Source: Candidatus Krumholzibacteriia bacterium (GTDB lineage: Bacteria > Krumholzibacteriota > Krumholzibacteriia > LZORAL124-64-63). Taken from it: a stretch of DNA of 47,283 bases. The stretch lies in the NCBI GenBank assembly GCA_036351155.1, contig JAZBOO010000026.1:1-47283 (forward strand). Reading direction: 5' to 3'. How positions within the stretch are numbered: position 1 is the stretch's first letter; each line of letters begins with the position of its first letter. This document shows positions 46,175 through 47,283 of the stretch, one piece after another. The position numbers and the translations under genes are program-made. The notes beneath the pieces were generated by a model, which was not told the DNA's origin, did no database searches, and worked only from the letters and a program-made list of their open reading frames with translations.

Positions 46175-47283
46175 TCGGCCATCTGGTGCGCCATCATCCC
46201 CTGCTGGATGGCATGCCCAAGCTCATGGGGATGGCCTTTGCCAGTGCCAGCATCGCCGGCAATGTGATGGTCTTCCGCGTGCTGAGTCGCGGCAAGGATG
46301 CCCCCATGTTCGAAGGCTCTCTGGTCTGGTTCGAGGTGGTCCTTTTGCTGCTGGCTGCCGGTGGCCTTCTGCTGAAGGGCGCCGAGACGCGCAGCTCCAC
46401 CTGGTACCTGGGTTTACCCATAGCGGCCAAGCAGCTGTGGCGTAGCCATCTTCTGGTTTTCCTGGCCAGCTTTCTGGTCCTGGTCCTGGTGCAGTGGGGG
46501 GTGGTGGTGGGTTTTGTCTACCTGATGGAAGCCCTGGTGAACCAGAGCATCGTGGCCAAGCCTCTCCTGCTCCAGTCCGTGATCGCCCCCTGCTTGATGG
46601 GGCTCTTCGTGACCGGTGCACTTGGGGCCTATCAGCCTCATCTGGCGGACCTTTCGCAATCGGTCGGATACAAGCGTTTCAAGGAGATCCTTCCGCTGGT
46701 GGCCGGTGCGTTGCTGGTGGGGCTTTCCTTCTTGCCTCCCCTGGTCGCCCTGTTGCCCGCGGTGGCGGGGTTGGTTCTGGCCCGCCGAGCTGGCACCCGG
46801 TTGCCGGCCTCCCTGACCTTTGGCGAAGGCGTCACCAGCAGGGTGGGCATTGGTGCGGGCCCGTCCTGGGATAGCCTGGGTACCTTGACCCGGCCACGTT
46901 CTCCACGGCGCTGGACTGTGAGTCTGGGTTTCATCAACCAGCTGTTCAAGATTCCGTATCCCTACATCGTGGGTCTGGGGGTATTCGTGGCCTTCTTCAC
47001 CGCCATGATGGCGGGGTTTTCGATGGTCGGGGGGGACACCACCAGGGATTTTGCCCGGCTGAATCATTACGGCCTCGCGGTCTACCTGTTGCTGGCCATG
47101 GCCGGTGAGTTCACCCAGCGTCTGCACAAGGTGGATGCCATGCCCATCGACCGCCGGGTTCTGCTGGCCTATCTGGTGGTTCCCATGGCGGTCAGTGTGA
47201 TCGTGGGTTACGGCGGTAGTCGGGCCTGGATCGCCTATCGGGACATTCCGGAGGAACGGGTCCACTTGCAGGATGAAGAGGGC
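46171..47283 (+). CDS. ABC transporter permease (3' partial)
   Basis: Not in the ORF track. ATG 46171 overlaps the ATPase stop (ATGA) and the frame is open to the window end. Multiple TM segments; LGLPIAAKQLW and AMPIDRR motifs are typical of ABC-2-like permeases. Confidence 0.8.
   Translation, partial: MIGHLVRHHPLLDGMPKLMGMAFASASIAGNVMVFRVLSRGKDAPMFEGSLVWFEVVLLLLAAGGLLLKGAETRSSTWYLGLPIAAKQLWRSHLLVFLASFLVLVLVQWGVVVGFVYLMEALVNQSIVAKPLLLQSVIAPCLMGLFVTGALGAYQPHLADLSQSVGYKRFKEILPLVAGALLVGLSFLPPLVALLPAVAGLVLARRAGTRLPASLTFGEGVTSRVGIGAGPSWDSLGTLTRPRSPRRWTVSLGFINQLFKIPYPYIVGLGVFVAFFTAMMAGFSMVGGDTTRDFARLNHYGLAVYLLLAMAGEFTQRLHKVDAMPIDRRVLLAYLVVPMAVSVIVGYGGSRAWIAYRDIPEERVHLQDEEG

Overview
A GC-rich bacterial chromosomal segment of about 36 protein-coding genes from a diderm anaerobe or facultative anaerobe. 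An FCB-type candidate phylum is plausible but is only an inference. I found no rRNA, tRNA, CRISPR array or transposase. From left to right: a partial TPR protein; Dcp peptidase and an aldo/keto reductase; a small exported Gly/Asp-rich protein overlapping a TPR-sigma54 activator; a hybrid histidine kinase and response regulator; an outer-membrane beta-barrel with a sigma54-type promoter; Rrf2; a NifS-like enzyme; a PlpD-like patatin; glgX; a PilZ protein; an RdhA/QueG-like membrane-anchored Fe-S protein; a DAG kinase; TetR; a candidate sRNA; TrmB; typA; an esterase; DinB; a eukaryote-like saccharopine lysine-catabolism operon (LKR, SDH, ALDH7); a DCC protein; a three-gene [FeFe]-hydrogenase with an SfrB/GltD-type subunit; PAP2; gdhA flanked by two truncated PEP-synthase-like proteins (one with receiver domains, one with a nucleotidyltransferase domain); and a YtrA-type GntR-ABC operon. 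The best candidates for undescribed systems are the gdhA module, the exported peptide with its TPR-sigma54 activator, and the SfrB-type hydrogenase. All functional calls come from motif recognition by eye; no searches were run.
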